A stretch of 64,000 bases of DNA, from the IMG/VR virus record IMGVR_UViG_3300046616_000348, positions 10,775-74,774 of that record, one strand, 5' to 3'. Source of the stretch: a virus. The notes beneath the pieces were generated by a model that saw nothing but the letters and a program-made list of their open reading frames with translations, made no database searches and had not been told where the DNA came from. This document shows, in pieces, positions 10,157-20,119 of the stretch. Position 1 is the first letter of the stretch. Every line of letters begins with the position of its first letter. The position numbers were made by a program, and so were the translations under genes.

Positions 10157-10573
10157 ATGTTCGCGAATGCCGAAGGGGGCGGTGGCCGGTTCACCGCCCC
10201 CCTCGTTTTGACGCCCGACCCGAAAGGGCGCGGTTACCGGACAACCCGGGCTTTCTCCTACGACATCGGCTTCAAGGGCTCCGGCCTGACGGTCACCGTC
10301 CCCGAGAATTTCCCGACCGATCTCGCCACCGTGCCTCGTGCGCTGTGGTGGCTCTTCCCGCCGCATGACCCGCAATACGCGGCTGCGGCGGTGCTCCACG
10401 ACTACCTGTATTCGTGGCGCTCCCCCTCGGGTGAAGCCTTCGACCGCGCAACGGCCGACGGCATCTTCCTCGAGGCCATGTTGATCCTGGGCGTCCCTCG
10501 CTGGAAGGCCTTGGTCATGTTCGTGGCGGTCCGCGTCTACAGCGAAACCACCCCCATCAAAACGCCCGGTTGA
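10157..10573 (+). CDS. DUF1353 family protein
   Basis: VPENFPTDLATVPR, AAVLHDYLY, RATADGIFLEAM. Confidence 0.85.
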   Translation: MFANAEGGGGRFTAPLVLTPDPKGRGYRTTRAFSYDIGFKGSGLTVTVPENFPTDLATVPRALWWLFPPHDPQYAAAAVLHDYLYSWRSPSGEAFDRATADGIFLEAMLILGVPRWKALVMFVAVRVYSETTPIKTPG

Positions 10574-10600
10574 CCGGGCCCCACCCCAAGGAGATCTGCA

Positions 10601-12058
10601 ATGGCAGACATCTACCTTCACGGTATTGAGACCGTGGAGAAGGACAGCGGTCCGCGCCCGGTCAACACCATCGACACCGGTGTGATCGGCCTCATCGGCA
10701 CTGCCCCCGACGCTGACGATACCCTGTGGCCGATCAACACCCCGATCGCGATCCACGGCATCAACGACGTGCCCGTCGCCCTTGGCGCCGCCGGCACGCT
10801 GCTGGACGCGATCAACGCCATCTTCGACCAGGCCACCCGCGTCTCGCAGACGATCGTCCTGGTCCGCGTCGAAGAGGGTGCGGGCCTTGCCGAGACGGTG
10901 GGCAACATCGTCGGCAGCCCGACCGCCCGTACCGGCCTGCATGCCCTGCGTAAGGCCAAAACGCTGCTAAACCTCGACCCGAAGCTGCTCATCGCTCCGG
11001 GCTTCACCGGCCATCGTCCGACCGACGGTCTCGCCTCCATCGCTGTCGGCACCCAGGGCGCCGGCTACGACGAGGCTCCGGTGGTGACGTTCACCGGTGG
11101 CAGCGGGTGGGGTGCTGCAGCTCACGCCGTGATCGACGGCACCGGCAAGGTGACTGACATCGTCATCGACAACCCGGGCCAGGGCTATGCCGCTGCTCCG
11201 ACCGTTGTCCTGACCGGTGGCGGCTACACCACCATCGCGGTTGCCACGGCAACCCTCGGCACGGTGGCGAACCCGGTCGCCGTCGAGATGGTGGTCCTCG
11301 CCAACATCCTGCGCGCCTGCGCCGTCGTCGACGGCCCGAACTCGACCACGGCCGCCGCGGTGACCTACCGTCAGGACTTCGACACCGACCGCCTCCTGAT
11401 CGTGGATCCCTACGTTAAGGTGCAGAAGGGCTCGAGCATCGTCAGCGAACCGGCATCTGCCCGCGTCGCCGGCATGCAGGCGCAGATCGACTATGCCGAG
11501 GGCTTCTGGTTCTCGCCGTCGAACCACGTCATCCAGGGCATCCTCGGCGCACACCGCGTTGTTGAGCACGCGCTCTCCGATCCGTCGGTCGAGAGCCAGT
11601 TCCTCAACCGCAACTCGGTGTCCACGATCGTGCGGTCGCCCTCCGGCGGCTTCAAGCTCTGGGGCTCCCGGGTGCCGTCGTCCGACACCCTGAAGGCCTT
11701 CTGGTCGGTGCGGCGTGCGCACGACACGATCATCACTTCGATCGAGCTGGCGCACGAACCCTTCATCGACAAGCCGTTCAGCCTGCAGGTGCTGACCGAC
11801 ATCGCCGAGACCGTCAACCAGGCCCTCCGCAAGTGGAAGGCGATGGGGGCGACGCTCGGTGGTCGTGTCTGGCTCGATGCCGGCCTGAACACGAAGGAGA
11901 GCTGGGCAAGCGGCCACCTGTTCGTGTCCTACGACGCGGAAGGCCCGGCGCCGATCGAGCACATCACCTTCCAGTTCTCGCGGAACACGGGCTACTACGA
12001 GCAGCTCGGGCAAGATGCCATCCGCGAAATCGCCCGGCTTTCCGGCCGCGCGATCTAA
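10601..12058 (+). CDS. gpFI: Contractile tail sheath protein
   Basis: YLHGIETVE, TGVIGLIGTAPDAD, PKLLIAPGF, GFWFSPSN, LWGSR. Confidence 0.95.
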   Translation: MADIYLHGIETVEKDSGPRPVNTIDTGVIGLIGTAPDADDTLWPINTPIAIHGINDVPVALGAAGTLLDAINAIFDQATRVSQTIVLVRVEEGAGLAETVGNIVGSPTARTGLHALRKAKTLLNLDPKLLIAPGFTGHRPTDGLASIAVGTQGAGYDEAPVVTFTGGSGWGAAAHAVIDGTGKVTDIVIDNPGQGYAAAPTVVLTGGGYTTIAVATATLGTVANPVAVEMVVLANILRACAVVDGPNSTTAAAVTYRQDFDTDRLLIVDPYVKVQKGSSIVSEPASARVAGMQAQIDYAEGFWFSPSNHVIQGILGAHRVVEHALSDPSVESQFLNRNSVSTIVRSPSGGFKLWGSRVPSSDTLKAFWSVRRAHDTIITSIELAHEPFIDKPFSLQVLTDIAETVNQALRKWKAMGATLGGRVWLDAGLNTKESWASGHLFVSYDAEGPAPIEHITFQFSRNTGYYEQLGQDAIREIARLSGRAI

Positions 12059-12085
12059 CCCCACCCGTCACGCTAGGAGATACGA

Positions 12086-12604
12086 ATGCGCGACATTCTT
12101 CAGGGGTTCACCGTCTATATCGCGGGGGTGGACCACGGCATCGACTGCGAGGAGATCGGCCTGCCTACCCCGCAGGTCGTCCAGCAGGAATACCGCGGCG
12201 GTGGCATGGACCTCGCCGTCAACCACGGCATGGCGGCGCTCGAAGCGCTGGAGGCGACCTTCAAGTTCGCCGGCCATGCCCGCAACATCCTGCAGCAGGT
12301 TGCCCGGGGTCCGGGCAAGTTCCTCACGGTGACCGCTCGCGGCGCGGTGATGAACACCCTCACTGGTGAGCACGACGCCCACGTCGTGGTCCTCCAGGGG
12401 CAGTTCAACCAGCACTCCCGGGACAGCTGGAAGCGCGGCGAAAAGGGCGGCCTCGAGGTCACCATGAGCGGCATCCTGGCCTACCGGTACGAGATCGCCG
12501 GCAACGTCGTTCACGAGATCCAGGCCTACCCGCCGCGTCGCGTGATCAACGGCAACGACGAACTCGCCTCGATCAACACCATCCTGGGCTACGCGAATGG
12601 ATAA
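12086..12604 (+). CDS. gpFII: Major tail tube protein
   Basis: EYRGGGMD motif; follows sheath. Confidence 0.92.
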   Translation: MRDILQGFTVYIAGVDHGIDCEEIGLPTPQVVQQEYRGGGMDLAVNHGMAALEALEATFKFAGHARNILQQVARGPGKFLTVTARGAVMNTLTGEHDAHVVVLQGQFNQHSRDSWKRGEKGGLEVTMSGILAYRYEIAGNVVHEIQAYPPRRVINGNDELASINTILGYANG

Positions 12605-12995
12605 AATCGTCAAGGCAACTCCGGGTCTCGAGGGGGCGGCTTCGGCCGCCCCTGTCGCATCCGGCCCGAACTACCTGAACGACCGCCCCCGGTCGAAGAC
12701 CTTCCCCCTGGAAGAGCCCTTCGAGCTCGGCGGCGTGGTCTATCGGGAAATCACCGCCCGCCGCCTCAACGGCGCCGCGCTCCTCTCCCTCCAGCAGATG
12801 CTCCAGATCCCTGGGGCTGACCCCTCCGCCGTGATGTTCGGCGCCCTCTGCGGCGTCCCTCCGGCGGTCATCCTGGCCCTCGACGCCGTCGACTTCGCGG
12901 CGATCTCGGCGGGTTCCAAGGATTTTATGCCCCAGTCGGCGTTCGCGGCGAGCGATGCGACTGGCGGAAATGGTCCGAATACGCCGCAGACGTAG
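12597..12995 (+). CDS. gpE: Tail assembly chaperone (gpE-like)
   Basis: PLEEPFELGG...ITARR, LDAVDF; between tube and tape measure. Confidence 0.8.
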   Translation: MDKIVKATPGLEGAASAAPVASGPNYLNDRPRSKTFPLEEPFELGGVVYREITARRLNGAALLSLQQMLQIPGADPSAVMFGALCGVPPAVILALDAVDFAAISAGSKDFMPQSAFAASDATGGNGPNTPQT

Positions 12996-13114
12996 CAGCT
13001 GTCCTGCACTTCCCGCGTCGTGACCTCCTCGAAATGGACTTCGAGGAGCTCGCGGTGTGGTGGGTGGAGGCCATCCGAGTTGTGAGGGAAATGAATGGCG
13101 TCCGCAGCTCGTGA
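12926..13114 (+). CDS. gpE' extension in the -1 frame (programmed frameshift product)
   Basis: -1 frame open from G GAT TTT (12920-12926) to TGA 13112-13114; encodes ADVAAVLHFPRRDLLEMDFEELAVWW, P2 gpE'-like. Confidence 0.75.
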   Translation, partial: YAPVGVRGERCDWRKWSEYAADVAAVLHFPRRDLLEMDFEELAVWWVEAIRVVREMNGVRSS

Positions 13115-15866
13115 AGCATCACTCATCCTCCGCCTGGTCGATCAGGTCACCGGTCCCGCTAAGGCGATCACCGGTGCCCTGACGAACCTCAGCGGGGTGA
13201 TGGCCGGGGTCCGCACCATGCGTGCGGTCTCCAACACCGTCGCCGATGCCGGCCGCAACATGCGCCGGGCCGCCACGGATGCCTCCGCTCTCTCGCTGCC
13301 GATGGTCGTCATCGGCAAGGAGGCGGCCGAGGCCGTCTACAACTTCGAGAAGGCGGGCAACGCGGCCGAGGCCTACGGCAACATCACGGCCGAGCAGCGC
13401 AAGGAGCTCGAGGCCTACGCCCAGGTGCTGAACGACGAGTCGCCGTTCACCCTCAACCAGATCATGGACGCCGCGAACGAGCTGTTCAAAGCGGGCCTGA
13501 ACTTCGAGCAGGCGATGGGCGCCCTCCGCGGCGCGCTCCAGCTCGGCACCGCCGGCGACCTCGACGTCGCCACGGCCACCGACCTCTCGACCAACATTCT
13601 GACCTCGATGCGCCTGCCGGCCGACACTGCCGAGCAGGTGGCGGCGTCGCTCGAAAAGGTCAACGACGTCCTGGCCTTCTCCGCCGCACAGTCGAACGCC
13701 GACGTGCTCGAGATGGCCGAGGCCTTCAAGTATGCCGGCGGCGTCGCGACGGCGGTCGGTATCCCGATGAACGAGCTCGCCACCATGTTCATGGTGATGG
13801 CGAAGAACGGCATCAAGGGTTCCGAGGCTGGTACGGCGCTCCGCTCGGGCATCGTCCGCATGCTCCGGCCGACGCTGTTCGCACAGCGGCAGCTCGAGGC
13901 GCTCAACATCGAGATGGGCGACTTCGTCACCCTGGGTGAGAAGATCGACTTCTCGAACATCCAGGACGCGGTCTCCTCGCTCACCGGCAACGACCTCGCC
14001 AACGTGAAGGGGCCGATCGAGGCGCTGCTCGAGGACGACATCCTCAAGCGCAGCCCTCAGAAGCTCGTGTCCCGAGTGATGGAGCTGGTCGCCAAGGAGG
14101 TTGAGGCCAGCGGCGCGGACATGGAGGTGATCGGCGACGCGGTCACCCAGGCGATCATGACCGGCGCCGAGAAGGTCGACATGATGGGCTTCCTCAAGGA
14201 GCTCAACGACAAGGGCGCCAGCGCCGTCGACATGTCCTACATCTGGGACGTGCGGCAGGGCTCACGCCTGATGTCGCTGATGTCGGAAGACCTCGACAAG
14301 CTCCTCGCCACCTTCGACGGCAACGTCGAGGGAGCGGCGGCCCGCATGGCGGCGACGCGCCTCAAGGGGATCGTCGGCGTGGTGAACGAGTTCGACTCGG
14401 CAATGAGCAAGCTCTACATCTCGGTCGCCGAGAGTGGGGTGCTGCAGACCGTCTCGAGCATGATCAAGTCGTTCACCGACTGGCTCAACAAGATGGCCGA
14501 GCTGAACCCGAAGATCCTCGAGTTCGGCACCTACGCCGCCGCGGCCCTCGCGGTGCTCGCGCCGCTCGGCCTGGTCCTCTCCGGCCTCGCCAGCGTCGTG
14601 GCCTTCATCGCCAACCCGATCACCCTGATCGTCGCTGCGCTCGCCTACCTGGCGGTGCAGAACTGGCAGGGCATCGTGCTCTTCTGGCAAAGCCTCCAGA
14701 CGTTCTTCACCCAGGCGCTCTCGCCCGAGGCGGTGGCGATGCTGGGGCAGGTCGTCGGCTGGTTCCAGCAGCTGCCGGACGCCTTCAGTGGGCAGTGGAT
14801 CAACGCCGATCTGTCGACCTGGGGTCGGCAGGTGGGCGAGGGGCTCGCGGCCGTCGTCAATGCCGTTCCGAAGTTCCTCGAGTTCCTCGATCAGCTGAAG
14901 ACGGATGCGCAGCCGATCATCGAGACCCTGACGCCGGTGTTCACCGCCTTCGGTGAGGGGGTGATGAACATCGCCGGCGCCATCGGCAACCTGACCAAGG
15001 GCGCCGTGGATGGGGCAGTGGCCTTCTTCCAGGGCATGGTGTCGGGGATCTCCCCCGAGACCATCGACACCCTCGGACGCTGGGGCACCGCGATTGCGGG
15101 GTTCGCCAAGGGCCTGTGGGATCTGATCAGCAGCATCGCTGGCGCGGTCGCCAACGCCGACATGAGCGGGTTCACCGAGTTCATGCGGCTGTTCGGCGAG
15201 GCCTTCGCCATCGGTCTCAACACTCAGGTCGCACTGCTCGATAGCGTGGTCACCTTCCTCAGCAACCTTCCCTCGCTGATCCAGACCGGCATGTCCTCGG
15301 GCATGGCGACGCTGCAGGCGAAGGTCGAGGAGATCAAGACGTGGATCATCACGTTCTTCTCGAGCATCGACCTGGCGGCCATCGGTAAGGCGATCATCGA
15401 CAGCCTCATCAACGGCATCGTGAGTGCGGTCCCCTTCCTGAAGGAGACCATCGACGGCATCGGCGGGCTGATCAACTCGATCGGCGGCGGCGGTGGCGGC
15501 AACGGCACTGCCGGCGGCGGTGGGAAGATGTTCGGCGACGCCGGGGGTGACCCTGGCCTGCCGATGCCGATCGAGGGCGCCCGCGCAAGCGGTGGCCCGC
15601 TGTGGGACGGCTGGTTCCTCGCCGGTGAGAAGGGCCCCGAGCTCGGCTACGCGTCGGGCAACGGGCACATGTTCAATGCCGACGAGACCAAGCGGATGCT
15701 GACCGGCGCCAACAACAACGGCGGCGGTGGGGTGACGAACCACAACACCTTCCACATCTCGACCAGCGACCCCGAGGCCGCTGCCAATGCCGTCGCTCGC
15801 AGGCTGGACGCCAGCCTGCAGCGGTCCCGCGGTCTCTCGATGGAGGACCGCCCCGTCTACGGGTAA
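13095..15866 (+). CDS. Tape measure protein (TP901-type core)
   Basis: MAEAFKYAG, GIKGSEAGTALR; 923 aa helical; C-terminal RASGGP...GEKGPE. Confidence 0.93.
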   Translation: MASAAREASLILRLVDQVTGPAKAITGALTNLSGVMAGVRTMRAVSNTVADAGRNMRRAATDASALSLPMVVIGKEAAEAVYNFEKAGNAAEAYGNITAEQRKELEAYAQVLNDESPFTLNQIMDAANELFKAGLNFEQAMGALRGALQLGTAGDLDVATATDLSTNILTSMRLPADTAEQVAASLEKVNDVLAFSAAQSNADVLEMAEAFKYAGGVATAVGIPMNELATMFMVMAKNGIKGSEAGTALRSGIVRMLRPTLFAQRQLEALNIEMGDFVTLGEKIDFSNIQDAVSSLTGNDLANVKGPIEALLEDDILKRSPQKLVSRVMELVAKEVEASGADMEVIGDAVTQAIMTGAEKVDMMGFLKELNDKGASAVDMSYIWDVRQGSRLMSLMSEDLDKLLATFDGNVEGAAARMAATRLKGIVGVVNEFDSAMSKLYISVAESGVLQTVSSMIKSFTDWLNKMAELNPKILEFGTYAAAALAVLAPLGLVLSGLASVVAFIANPITLIVAALAYLAVQNWQGIVLFWQSLQTFFTQALSPEAVAMLGQVVGWFQQLPDAFSGQWINADLSTWGRQVGEGLAAVVNAVPKFLEFLDQLKTDAQPIIETLTPVFTAFGEGVMNIAGAIGNLTKGAVDGAVAFFQGMVSGISPETIDTLGRWGTAIAGFAKGLWDLISSIAGAVANADMSGFTEFMRLFGEAFAIGLNTQVALLDSVVTFLSNLPSLIQTGMSSGMATLQAKVEEIKTWIITFFSSIDLAAIGKAIIDSLINGIVSAVPFLKETIDGIGGLINSIGGGGGGNGTAGGGGKMFGDAGGDPGLPMPIEGARASGGPLWDGWFLAGEKGPELGYASGNGHMFNADETKRMLTGANNNGGGGVTNHNTFHISTSDPEAAANAVARRLDASLQRSRGLSMEDRPVYG

Positions 15867-15877
15867 AGGAGTAGCAG

Positions 15878-16297
15878 ATGCCGCTGATGCGACTGGGTGC
15901 CTTCGTTTTCGCGGTGCCCACCTATTCGTTCGAGAGCCTGCAGCGGTCCGTGTCGAGCCGCGCCGAAAGCCAGATGGTGATCGGCGCGGCTCCTCCGATC
16001 CACCTGCTCGGCCCCGGCGAAGAGACGGTTAGCCTCTCCAGCACCTTCTTCCCGTTCCACCTGAACGGGGCAGGGCTCGCCCAGCTGGAGGGCATCCGAG
16101 CTGCCTGCCAGGCACAGACCCCCATGATGATGGTGTCGATCGGAGGCGTCGTCTTCGGGCGATGGATCATCCGCGACGTCGGGGACAGCCAGTCGTTCTT
16201 CCATCCCTCCGGCGCGCCGCAAAAGGTCGAGGTGGATATGAGCCTCGTCAAATACACCGCCGGCGGCACCGGGCGGTCCAGCTTCAGGTTCTTCTGA
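15878..16297 (+). CDS. gpU: Tail protein gpU-like
   Basis: LMRLGAFVF, LGPGEETVSL, GRWII. Confidence 0.85.
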   Translation: MPLMRLGAFVFAVPTYSFESLQRSVSSRAESQMVIGAAPPIHLLGPGEETVSLSSTFFPFHLNGAGLAQLEGIRAACQAQTPMMMVSIGGVVFGRWIIRDVGDSQSFFHPSGAPQKVEVDMSLVKYTAGGTGRSSFRFF

Positions 16298-17292
16298 TGG
16301 CACGCCCGTTCTTCAGGGTGTCGGCCGGTGGGGTGGACATCACGTCCAAGCTCGTCGGGCGCGGCATCTCGCTCACGATCAGCGATGGCGTCGGCCGCGA
16401 GTCGGACACGATCCAGCTCGAGATCGACGACGTAAACGGCGAGGTCGCCGCCCCGCGCACGGGCGTGATCCTCAACGTGGTCGGCGGCTACGAGGACGGC
16501 CCCCAGCGGGACTTCGGCGACTACAAGGTCGACCAGGTGGCCTACTCGGGCTACCCGCAGAAGATCTCCATCAGCGCCCAGGCCGTGGACGCCAAGAGCG
16601 AGCAGAAGCAGAAGCGGGTGCTCGACTACCAGGTCGAGGATTTCCCCACCTACGGGGACATCTTCTCGGCCGCCGCCGGTCGCATGGGGCTCGAGCTCGC
16701 GATCTCCGCCGAGATCAAGAGCAAGGCCAACCCCTACGAGATGCAGTCGGAAGAGAACGACCTCTCGTTCAGCACGCGCCTGGGCGACAAGCTCGACGCC
16801 TCGGTGTCGGTGAAGTCCGGCCGGCTCGTGGTGATGAAGCGCGGCAAGGGCACGACGGTCAGCGGCCAGCAGCTCCCCACGATCGTGGTGGAGTATGCGG
16901 TCAACGTCCTCAGCTACAACGTCACCCGCAAGGACAAGCCCAAGCACAGCACCGTGACCGCCACCTGGTTCGACCGCGACGAGGTCGAGCGCAAGGAGGT
17001 GTCGGTCTCGGCCAGCGCCGAGGGTCCGGACTTCCTCCTGCGCGACCCCTACGCCTCGGAAGCCGAGGCCAAGGAGAACGCCGAGGCCAAGTCGAAGGAG
17101 CTGCAGCGCGGTGAGGCGTCGGCGTCCTTCGAGATCGACGGCGACCCGATGGCTCGAGCCGAGGCCTACGTGGAGGCGATCGGCCTCCGCGACCAGGTCG
17201 ACGGCAAGTGGCGGGCAACCACCGTCACCCACAACTTCTCATCGACGTCGCCCTACACGACCTCGATCGAGTGCGAACTCCCCGACGCATAA
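16297..17292 (+). CDS. gpD: Baseplate hub / late control D protein
   Basis: TGATG-coupled start; MARPFFRV...DIT, SDTIQLEIDD, ENDLSFSTRL. Confidence 0.88.
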   Translation: MARPFFRVSAGGVDITSKLVGRGISLTISDGVGRESDTIQLEIDDVNGEVAAPRTGVILNVVGGYEDGPQRDFGDYKVDQVAYSGYPQKISISAQAVDAKSEQKQKRVLDYQVEDFPTYGDIFSAAAGRMGLELAISAEIKSKANPYEMQSEENDLSFSTRLGDKLDASVSVKSGRLVVMKRGKGTTVSGQQLPTIVVEYAVNVLSYNVTRKDKPKHSTVTATWFDRDEVERKEVSVSASAEGPDFLLRDPYASEAEAKENAEAKSKELQRGEASASFEIDGDPMARAEAYVEAIGLRDQVDGKWRATTVTHNFSSTSPYTTSIECELPDA

Positions 17293-17301
17293 GAGGTCGC
17301 C

Positions 17302-17535
17302 ATGCGCTTCACGTACCTGCCGAACGGCGGGGCGAGCTACGTCACCTCACAGGGGGACGTGCTCGATCTCATCGCTTTCAACTTCTACGGCGACCACCCG
17401 GGCAACACGGAGCGGCTCTACGCCGCGAACCGTGACCTGGCCCTGGTCACCCAACCCTTCGTAGCAGGCGTCCAGATCCTGCTGCCCGCGCCCGCGCCGA
17501 AGAAGCCGGCCGCGCAAATCCAGCTCTGGGACTAG
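17302..17535 (+). CDS. gpX: Tail protein X (LysM-like)
   Basis: YVTSQGDVLDLIA...YG...ANRDLA...IQLWD. Confidence 0.88.
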   Translation: MRFTYLPNGGASYVTSQGDVLDLIAFNFYGDHPGNTERLYAANRDLALVTQPFVAGVQILLPAPAPKKPAAQIQLWD

Positions 17536-17544
17536 GAAACATCA

Positions 17545-17844
17545 ATGGAAGACATGGACTTCGGCGGCGCCATTAAGGCGCTGAAGGAGGGCAAGAAGGT
17601 TGCGCGGGCCGCATGGTCTGGGCAGCCGATCTCGTTCCTCTACCTCGTTAACGGCAGCACCTTCACCGTCAACCGCGCGCCACTGGCCCCGCGGTTCGGC
17701 GGCAAGGTCGTCGACTATCACGGCCACATCGACGCCTTCTGGCACGCCCCGGCCTACGCCTCCAAGGGCAGCTCGCTCCACGCGTGGGTGTGGCAGCCGA
17801 CCCAGGACGACATGCTCGCCGAAGACTGGCAAGTCCGCGACTAG
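17545..17844 (+). CDS. tad2: DUF2829 / Tad2-family signal-molecule sponge
   Basis: MDFGGAIKALKEGKKVARAAW ... WQPTQDDMLAEDW. Confidence 0.8.
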   Translation: MEDMDFGGAIKALKEGKKVARAAWSGQPISFLYLVNGSTFTVNRAPLAPRFGGKVVDYHGHIDAFWHAPAYASKGSSLHAWVWQPTQDDMLAEDWQVRD

Positions 17845-17867
17845 CGCAACCCCGAAAGGAGCCTCCT

Positions 17868-18173
17868 ATGGCTAACGTCCATATCGCCCTGACGGCCGCG
17901 CCGTCGCTGGGCAACCCATCCCACCCCACCCCTGTCGCCCCGTCGCGCACGCTCGCCTCCAAGAAGGTGGCGAGCAGCGCGGTGGCGGCCGACGTCGACA
18001 TCACCGCCGACCGTGAGGGCGTCTGGTATGTCACCGCCATCGACGGCGATGTGTGGGTCACGTTCGACCCCGAGAAGGACGCCGCTGTTGAGGTGGAGTG
18101 GCTGGTCCTCGCCGGCACCACCCGTGACTTCGGGGCACGCGCGGGCGACAAGCCCAGCCTGATCGACGCATGA
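17868..18173 (+). CDS. Hypothetical virion-associated protein
   Basis: AGGAG SD before ATG 17868; coupled to SGNH gene. Confidence 0.65.
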   Translation: MANVHIALTAAPSLGNPSHPTPVAPSRTLASKKVASSAVAADVDITADREGVWYVTAIDGDVWVTFDPEKDAAVEVEWLVLAGTTRDFGARAGDKPSLIDA

Positions 18174-19510
18174 CCGGCCTCGGCACCGGCGTCGGCTTGA
18201 TCGCACGTCGCTTCGGCTTCGTGCTTCCGGCGCCGTGGGGTTCGATCCCGCAGATTGCCGTCTTCGGCTGTAGCCTCGCGGCTCAGACCAGCCAGGACTA
18301 CACCAACCACCCCGCCTACAACGCCACCGGCTCGTGCGCCTGGGCGAACCTGCTCAGTGATGGGCAGTTCACCTTCCCCCACGAGCTGAACTTCGGCGTC
18401 GTCGGCGACACCACCGACCAGATCGTCGCGCGGCTGCCGGCGCTGATCGCCGCCAAGCCGTCCGCGGTGGTGCTGCCGTGCCCGGCCACGAACGACCGCA
18501 ACAGCAATGAGCTGCGGACCGCCCAGCACTCGATCGACAACCTCATCAAGATCTTGGACGCCTGCTACTCGGCCGGCATCCCCGTGATCCTGACGACGGA
18601 GTTCCCGCGCGGCAACGCCACCTTTGCGAGCGGGCTGATCACCGGCACCCAGCTCAACTACCACCGGCTGCTTCGCCGCTGGGTGTTGGACGTCGCAGCG
18701 AACCGCCGTGGTGTGACGGTGATCGACACCTGGCCGCTGCTCGCCGACCTCTCCCGGTCGGACGGCGCCATGCTGTTGGTCAACACCTACGACGGCACCC
18801 ACCTGGCCCCCATCGGGGCGGCGAAGGTGGGCGCGGCGATCGCGGCTGTCCTGCGCGCGATGTTCCCGAGGAAGTGGATCCACGCCGACTACGACGCCGG
18901 CGGCCTCTACCACGCCACCGAGAACCCCCGCGGCAATCTGATCCCCAACCCGGGGATGATCGGCACGGCCGGCACCAAGGACGCTGCCTCGACGGGCTCG
19001 CTCGGCGACAGCAACACGTCGACCAGGGACGCCGCCTTCAACAGCGGCACCCTGACGACGGCATTCTCCAAGGTGGCGAGGGCTGGGTTCAACGACTGGC
19101 AGCAGGTCGTTCTCGGCGGCACCGCCGGCGCTACGGCCAACCAGAACCTCGAAATCTACCAGTCTGCGTCCAACGCCAACTTCGCCGAGGGGGATAAGGT
19201 TCGCGCTGTCTGCGATGTCGAGCTCGGCACCACCATGACGGGCATCTGCGGCGTGACGCTCCGCACCACCAAGACGGTGGGCGGCGTGGCCGAATCGTCC
19301 TCGGCCCTCCGGCCGATCGACACCAGCCCGATGCCGGCGTCGGGCATCTACGGCGGCCGCACGCTGCTGATGGTCACCCGGCCATTCACGGTTCCGGCCG
19401 GCGCCGTCACCCAGATGCGGGCGCGCATGGTGATCAACACCATCCCTGGAGCTGTCGTCGACGGCACCGTGCGGTGGGGCAACATGCGCCTCGAGAAGGT
19501 GGCCGCGTAA
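18170..19510 (+). CDS. SGNH/GDSL hydrolase with C-terminal beta-sandwich domain
   Basis: FGCSL, NFGVVGDTT, TND, DGTH catalytic blocks. Confidence 0.8.
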   Translation: MTGLGTGVGLIARRFGFVLPAPWGSIPQIAVFGCSLAAQTSQDYTNHPAYNATGSCAWANLLSDGQFTFPHELNFGVVGDTTDQIVARLPALIAAKPSAVVLPCPATNDRNSNELRTAQHSIDNLIKILDACYSAGIPVILTTEFPRGNATFASGLITGTQLNYHRLLRRWVLDVAANRRGVTVIDTWPLLADLSRSDGAMLLVNTYDGTHLAPIGAAKVGAAIAAVLRAMFPRKWIHADYDAGGLYHATENPRGNLIPNPGMIGTAGTKDAASTGSLGDSNTSTRDAAFNSGTLTTAFSKVARAGFNDWQQVVLGGTAGATANQNLEIYQSASNANFAEGDKVRAVCDVELGTTMTGICGVTLRTTKTVGGVAESSSALRPIDTSPMPASGIYGGRTLLMVTRPFTVPAGAVTQMRARMVINTIPGAVVDGTVRWGNMRLEKVAA

Positions 19511-19535
19511 GCGACCCCAACCCAGCAACCCAAGA

Positions 19536-19566
19536 GACCCGCCCTTCGAGGCGGGTTTTTTGTTTC
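19536..19566 (+). terminator. Rho-independent terminator
   Basis: ACCCGCC-cttcga-GGCGGGT followed by a T-rich tract. Confidence 0.8.
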
Positions 19567-19579
19567 AAGGAGAACGACA

Positions 19580-20119
19580 ATGACCACCGCCATTGTGGGC
19601 TCGCCGCCGTGGCTGACGAACTTCGAGAAGTTCAAAGGCATCCACGAGATCAAGGGCAAGCTGCACGAGCAGAAGATCCTCGACCTCATCGACTGGGGGG
19701 ACGGCCGCTTCGACGGCAAGCGCCTGTTCAACATCAACGACGACGAGACCGCCTACTGCGCCTCGGCGCTCTGCGGCAGCCTGGAGATGATCGGCATCCG
19801 GTCGCCTCGCAGCCCGGCAGCGCGCTCCTTCGACAAGTGGGGCGAGATGCTCGGCGGCCCGGCCGTCGGCGCGATCGTCACCTTCTGGCGCAAGAGCCCG
19901 ACCAGCGGCCTCGGCCACGTCGGCATCGTCGTCGGCCGCAACAGCGCCGGCGAGCTGATCGTCTACGGCGCCAACCAGGACGACCAGTTCAAATACTCGG
20001 CGTTCAAGATGGACCGCGTCGTCGGCTATCGCTGGCCCACCGGCTACGACAAACCCTCGAAGATCGGCTTCACCAAGCTGCCGATCACCAGCGCCTCGCC
20101 CTCGCGGTCGGAGGCGTAG
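19580..20119 (+). CDS. TIGR02594-family peptidoglycan hydrolase (endolysin)
   Basis: PPWL, DDETAYCAS, GHVGIVVG, GANQDD, GYRWP. Confidence 0.85.
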   Translation: MTTAIVGSPPWLTNFEKFKGIHEIKGKLHEQKILDLIDWGDGRFDGKRLFNINDDETAYCASALCGSLEMIGIRSPRSPAARSFDKWGEMLGGPAVGAIVTFWRKSPTSGLGHVGIVVGRNSAGELIVYGANQDDQFKYSAFKMDRVVGYRWPTGYDKPSKIGFTKLPITSASPSRSEA

